This document shows, piece after piece, positions 3,564 through 5,912 of a DNA stretch of 5,912 nucleotides. The notes beneath the pieces were generated by a model. It was given only the letters and a program-made list of their open reading frames with translations. It did not search any database and had not been told where the DNA came from. The position numbers and the translations under genes are program-made. The stretch comes from a virus. Within the stretch, counting starts at the first letter, position 1. Each line of letters begins with the position of its first letter. The stretch lies in IMG/VR virus record IMGVR_UViG_3300045988_001419, positions 1-5,912 of that record; one strand, 5' to 3'.

Positions 3564-5243
3564 TTACAGTTTGTATAAGCCCGGTACGCTGTACAACGGC
3601 ATCCGTCTTACGGTTTTGTTTGCTACTCTGATTGCTCCGAAGAACTGCGGCTCATCTTGCGCAATCAATGTTCTTGCAATTTCTACTTTTCCTTCTGCCA
3701 TCCACTCTTGCGACAGTGTTGGTACTTTTTCATATTTGTCCGCATAGTGCCAGAAGTCTAACGTCCCTGTTGCGTTGCTTCGCATTTTGCCTGATACGCG
3801 GTTAGGCTTCATTCTGTAGTCTGCCCATGCTTCCTGATAACCGAAGGTTTCCTCATCACTTGCCGTGCCGGTGAGCATGATTTCCTTCTTTTTTACAGGC
3901 TGTTCACCTAAGTTTGCGAACTGAGGCACATAATAGTCCAGTCTGTCTGTTCTGCTCCAGAAACGTTCCAAGCCTTGCTGATAACTGCGATTGTGTCGTA
4001 CACAATATACACCGATTACAAAACCGTGTTCTTCAAACGATTTGGTAAAGCTGCTTTCGTTGATTGGCGTTACTGACATTGCACCAGTTTCGCCAATTGG
4101 CGTGTCATTTTCTGTCTGCTGACCGCTGGTCTGTACAATTTGGTTGATATTGATGTGATATCTGCCACCGCCTAGGTATTCTGGTACCTGTACGGTTTTA
4201 TCAGAGATTACCACATTCCACAGTGCCTGTACCTGTTCGCGGTAACGGCTGCCGCCTCGTGCCAGCGCCTCGTAGTATTGCTGTACCGCTACGGCTTTAC
4301 GTAAGTCGTTGATGGTTGCAGCGGTTACGGCTGCAAGGTCTGCACCTAGATATGCCACATCTCCTACATGTTTGCTATCGCTCGAGCTTCCTGCTATCTG
4401 CGAAATTTTTTGCCCCGATTGGGCATTAGTAATTCCCGGTATGTAACTGTCTGTAGCTTTTTGGTTGAAGTAGATTGTTTGATTTCCGCTTACTGTCCCG
4501 TATTCCGTGAGTTCGGTGTTTTTGTACATTCCTACCGGTGCATTTCCCATCATCGGCAGCGTCACTTCCGGCCCGCGCTGAGGTTGCGGAAGACAGCTTG
4601 TGAAGTAGTCGTGGAATTTGTTTACCGGTAAGCATCTGCCGCCCTTTATTGCGTTTTTCAGCCTTGCTTCTATACTTTCTACATCTGCTTGTTCGTCAAC
4701 ATAGTCAAAATCTTGGCTGCTTGTTATAAATACTGCTGCATTGTCTACGTTTTCATCTCTGAAAAATTCATTCCATATCATTACATATGCACGGATTGGT
4801 AATGCATTGACTTCGAAATTACCTTCGATTTTCGTTGGTACTCCCATGTAGTCAAGAATTGACCCTTCTTTGGGATATCCGATTCCAGGCCTTTTGTTTA
4901 GTTTGATTTTCGGTACTTTGTATTCTTTAGCTGGCATCCATGGCTTGTCATCAACTTCTCCCATGAACTTTTTGAAGTCATCCCACAGGATTCGGTTTGG
5001 ACAATAGAAGTAATAGAAGTCAATGAATGCATCATCCATCACCGGATATTTTGGTGTGGTCATTCTGATGATTGCTGACGTGTCCACTTGGAAAGTGTCG
5101 CCCGGTAATACTTCGTCAACGTAAAACGGAATTAATTCACCGGCATCAAACGTTGTGAGAATAGTCTGGTCACGGTTGAATCGTGTTCGACTTGCCTTCA
5201 TTTCCGGAATTTGGTTAAAGTGCCGCTCATTGTTTCGATTCAC
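3564..5243 (-). CDS. VP1: Major capsid protein VP1 (phiX174 F-like), 559 aa
   Basis: This is the longest ORF. Its GTG start at 5243 is preceded by AAGGAGG 7 nt upstream. The N-terminal block RTRFNRDQTILTTFDAGELIPFYVDEVLPGDTF matches my recollection of the conserved start of gokushovirus VP1. The size is typical for the family. Confidence 0.95.
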   Translation of the reverse strand: MNRNNERHFNQIPEMKASRTRFNRDQTILTTFDAGELIPFYVDEVLPGDTFQVDTSAIIRMTTPKYPVMDDAFIDFYYFYCPNRILWDDFKKFMGEVDDKPWMPAKEYKVPKIKLNKRPGIGYPKEGSILDYMGVPTKIEGNFEVNALPIRAYVMIWNEFFRDENVDNAAVFITSSQDFDYVDEQADVESIEARLKNAIKGGRCLPVNKFHDYFTSCLPQPQRGPEVTLPMMGNAPVGMYKNTELTEYGTVSGNQTIYFNQKATDSYIPGITNAQSGQKISQIAGSSSDSKHVGDVAYLGADLAAVTAATINDLRKAVAVQQYYEALARGGSRYREQVQALWNVVISDKTVQVPEYLGGGRYHININQIVQTSGQQTENDTPIGETGAMSVTPINESSFTKSFEEHGFVIGVYCVRHNRSYQQGLERFWSRTDRLDYYVPQFANLGEQPVKKKEIMLTGTASDEETFGYQEAWADYRMKPNRVSGKMRSNATGTLDFWHYADKYEKVPTLSQEWMAEGKVEIARTLIAQDEPQFFGAIRVANKTVRRMPLYSVPGLYKL

Positions 5244-5665
5244 TTTTCTGCCTCCTTTTCCGTCATTTTGCCAGTAGGTAGCGCCTGATCAGCGTCTGCT
5301 GCATTGTCTGTTTTCGTCATTTTAGACAATTCTTCGAGCTTCATGGCGTTTGCCTGTGCGGTCGCAATCATGCGATGATACTCATGGATGTTCTGTGGAA
5401 ATTCGGTAATATCCGTGTATGTATCGTTTAGTGCTCCTTCAGATAAGCTTTTCAGAAACTGCGGGTCAAAACTTGCTTTTCGGACAATGTTTTTGATATC
5501 GCACTCGTCTGTATAGCTTTCAATTTCCTGCTGGATGTCGATTGGTGCTGTTTCCAGTAGCTCTTCCTCCCCTTTTTCGTTTTTCGTCCAGACGTACTGC
5601 TTCCGGAGTTTTTCTCCGCTTTCAGAAAAGAAGGGCTTTCGCCCTTCTTCGTATCGTTTATTCAT
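5240..5665 (-). CDS. VP3: Internal scaffolding protein VP3 (Chlamydia-phage Chp2 scaffold-like), 141 aa from the ATG at 5665
   Basis: The block IDIQQEIESYTDECDIKNIVRKASFDP...YTDITEFPQNIHEYHRMI follows the pattern I recall for gokushovirus VP3 (EIDSY.DE.DI...GDIT..P.N..E). The ATG at 5665 is preceded by GGGAGGG and overlaps the upstream stop (ATGAATAA). The 181-aa track version starting at 5785 overlaps the 79-aa ORF out of frame and has no such signal. Confidence 0.75.
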   Translation of the reverse strand: MNKRYEEGRKPFFSESGEKLRKQYVWTKNEKGEEELLETAPIDIQQEIESYTDECDIKNIVRKASFDPQFLKSLSEGALNDTYTDITEFPQNIHEYHRMIATAQANAMKLEELSKMTKTDNAADADQALPTGKMTEKEAEK

Positions 5666-5897
5666 TTGGCTTGCCCTCCCAGACTTTTTCCTTGTCGTTG
5701 ATGAATTCGCCGTTTTCATCGTCAAACACTGCCAGTTTGAAGCCGGTATAGTCCCCGGGTGCCTGTCCGACAAACGTCTTTTCATCCTTTGCCATTACGT
5801 TGCACATACGTGCAAAGGTTGCATTGTTCTTGCTCTCGCCTACCCATGCGTAACACTTTGCTACACTGTCCCACAGGCCGAAATATTCATGCTTCAT
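5658..5897 (-). CDS. Small conserved non-structural protein, VP5-like (the proposed protein C analogue of gokushoviruses), 79 aa. It spans the circular junction.
   Basis: The pattern LWDSVAKCY...NNATFARMCN...PGDYTGFKLAVFDDENGEF resembles the (V/I)(F/Y)D.K...Y...A.R.F...PEDY.L..IG.YDD.TG layout I recall for small gokushovirus VP5 proteins. The start at 5897 (equivalent to 40) is preceded by AGGAAAG. Coding status is more certain than the family assignment. Confidence 0.5.
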   Translation of the reverse strand: MKHEYFGLWDSVAKCYAWVGESKNNATFARMCNVMAKDEKTFVGQAPGDYTGFKLAVFDDENGEFINDKEKVWEGKPNE

Positions 5898-5912
5898 GAT
5901 ATCTTCTTTCCT
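5858..5912. repeat. Terminal overlap copy 2, identical to 1-55
   Basis: Exact 55/55 identity with the start of the window. Confidence 0.9.

Larger units (their letters stand above)
1..5857 (-). mobile_element. Complete circular ssDNA phage genome, family Microviridae (gokushovirus-like core gene set VP1-VP5 plus a J-like peptide), unit length 5857 nt
   Basis: An exact 55-nt terminal overlap closes the circle. All long ORFs sit on one strand and are tightly packed, with overlapping start/stop codons (ATGA at 2662-2665, GTGA at 5240-5243, ATGAATAA at 5658-5665). F-like capsid, HUH Rep, pilot, scaffold and basic-peptide genes are all recognisable. Confidence 0.9.

Noticed and set aside
4426-4635. 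69-aa minus-strand ORF overprinted inside VP1, with an SD-like AAGGGCGG 6 nt upstream of its ATG
   Set aside because: Overprinted genes do exist in phiX174-type phages. However, this product is a low-complexity basic sequence with no hydrophobic or recognisable motif, and an ORF of this length within a 1.7-kb gene is expected by chance. It would need evidence of suppressed synonymous variation in VP1 across relatives.
5666-5785. N-terminal extension of VP3 to a 181-aa ORF starting at 5785
   Set aside because: The extension overlaps the 79-aa VP5-like ORF out of frame and lacks a Shine-Dalgarno. Its sequence (MKRRLSDRHPGTIPASNWQC...) does not resemble scaffold proteins. The internal ATG at 5665 has GGGAGGG upstream and a start/stop overlap with the preceding gene.

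Overview
The window is a complete circular genome of a small ssDNA phage of the family Microviridae, with a gokushovirus-like gene set. Bases 1-55 recur exactly at 5858-5912, so the unit genome is 5857 nt and the contig is closed with a 55-nt assembly overlap. All credible genes lie on the minus strand. In transcription order they are: a strong promoter (1107..1079); a 60-aa orphan ORF (1046..864); a hairpin that overlaps a second promoter (858..820); an M15-family zinc peptidoglycan peptidase (797..405); a 40-aa orphan ORF (403..281); a very basic J/ORF8-like DNA-binding peptide (183..61); a VP5-like small protein that crosses the circular junction (5897..5658); scaffold VP3 (5665..5240); major capsid VP1 (5243..3564); an attenuator hairpin; pilot protein VP2 (3525..2662); the HUH rolling-circle Rep VP4 (2665..1646); and a 13-bp terminal hairpin. 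Two parts look non-standard for this family. The first is an accessory block at 281-1107 carrying an endolysin-like peptidase with no recognisable holin, a monocistronic moron-like ORF and a coupled 40-aa ORF. The second is a long (about 548 nt), highly structured noncoding region at 1098-1645. It holds about ten same-orientation TTTCAACA iterons (four in perfect 9-bp tandem), a consensus DnaA-box-like 9-mer, a (CTA)5 microsatellite, a 44-nt almost pure alternating purine-pyrimidine GC tract that folds into a long imperfect hairpin, repeated GGCGCT/AGCGCC palindromes and a 2x9-bp tandem repeat. All homology calls come from motif recognition by eye, not from database searches. Plus-strand ORFs are treated as antisense shadows.
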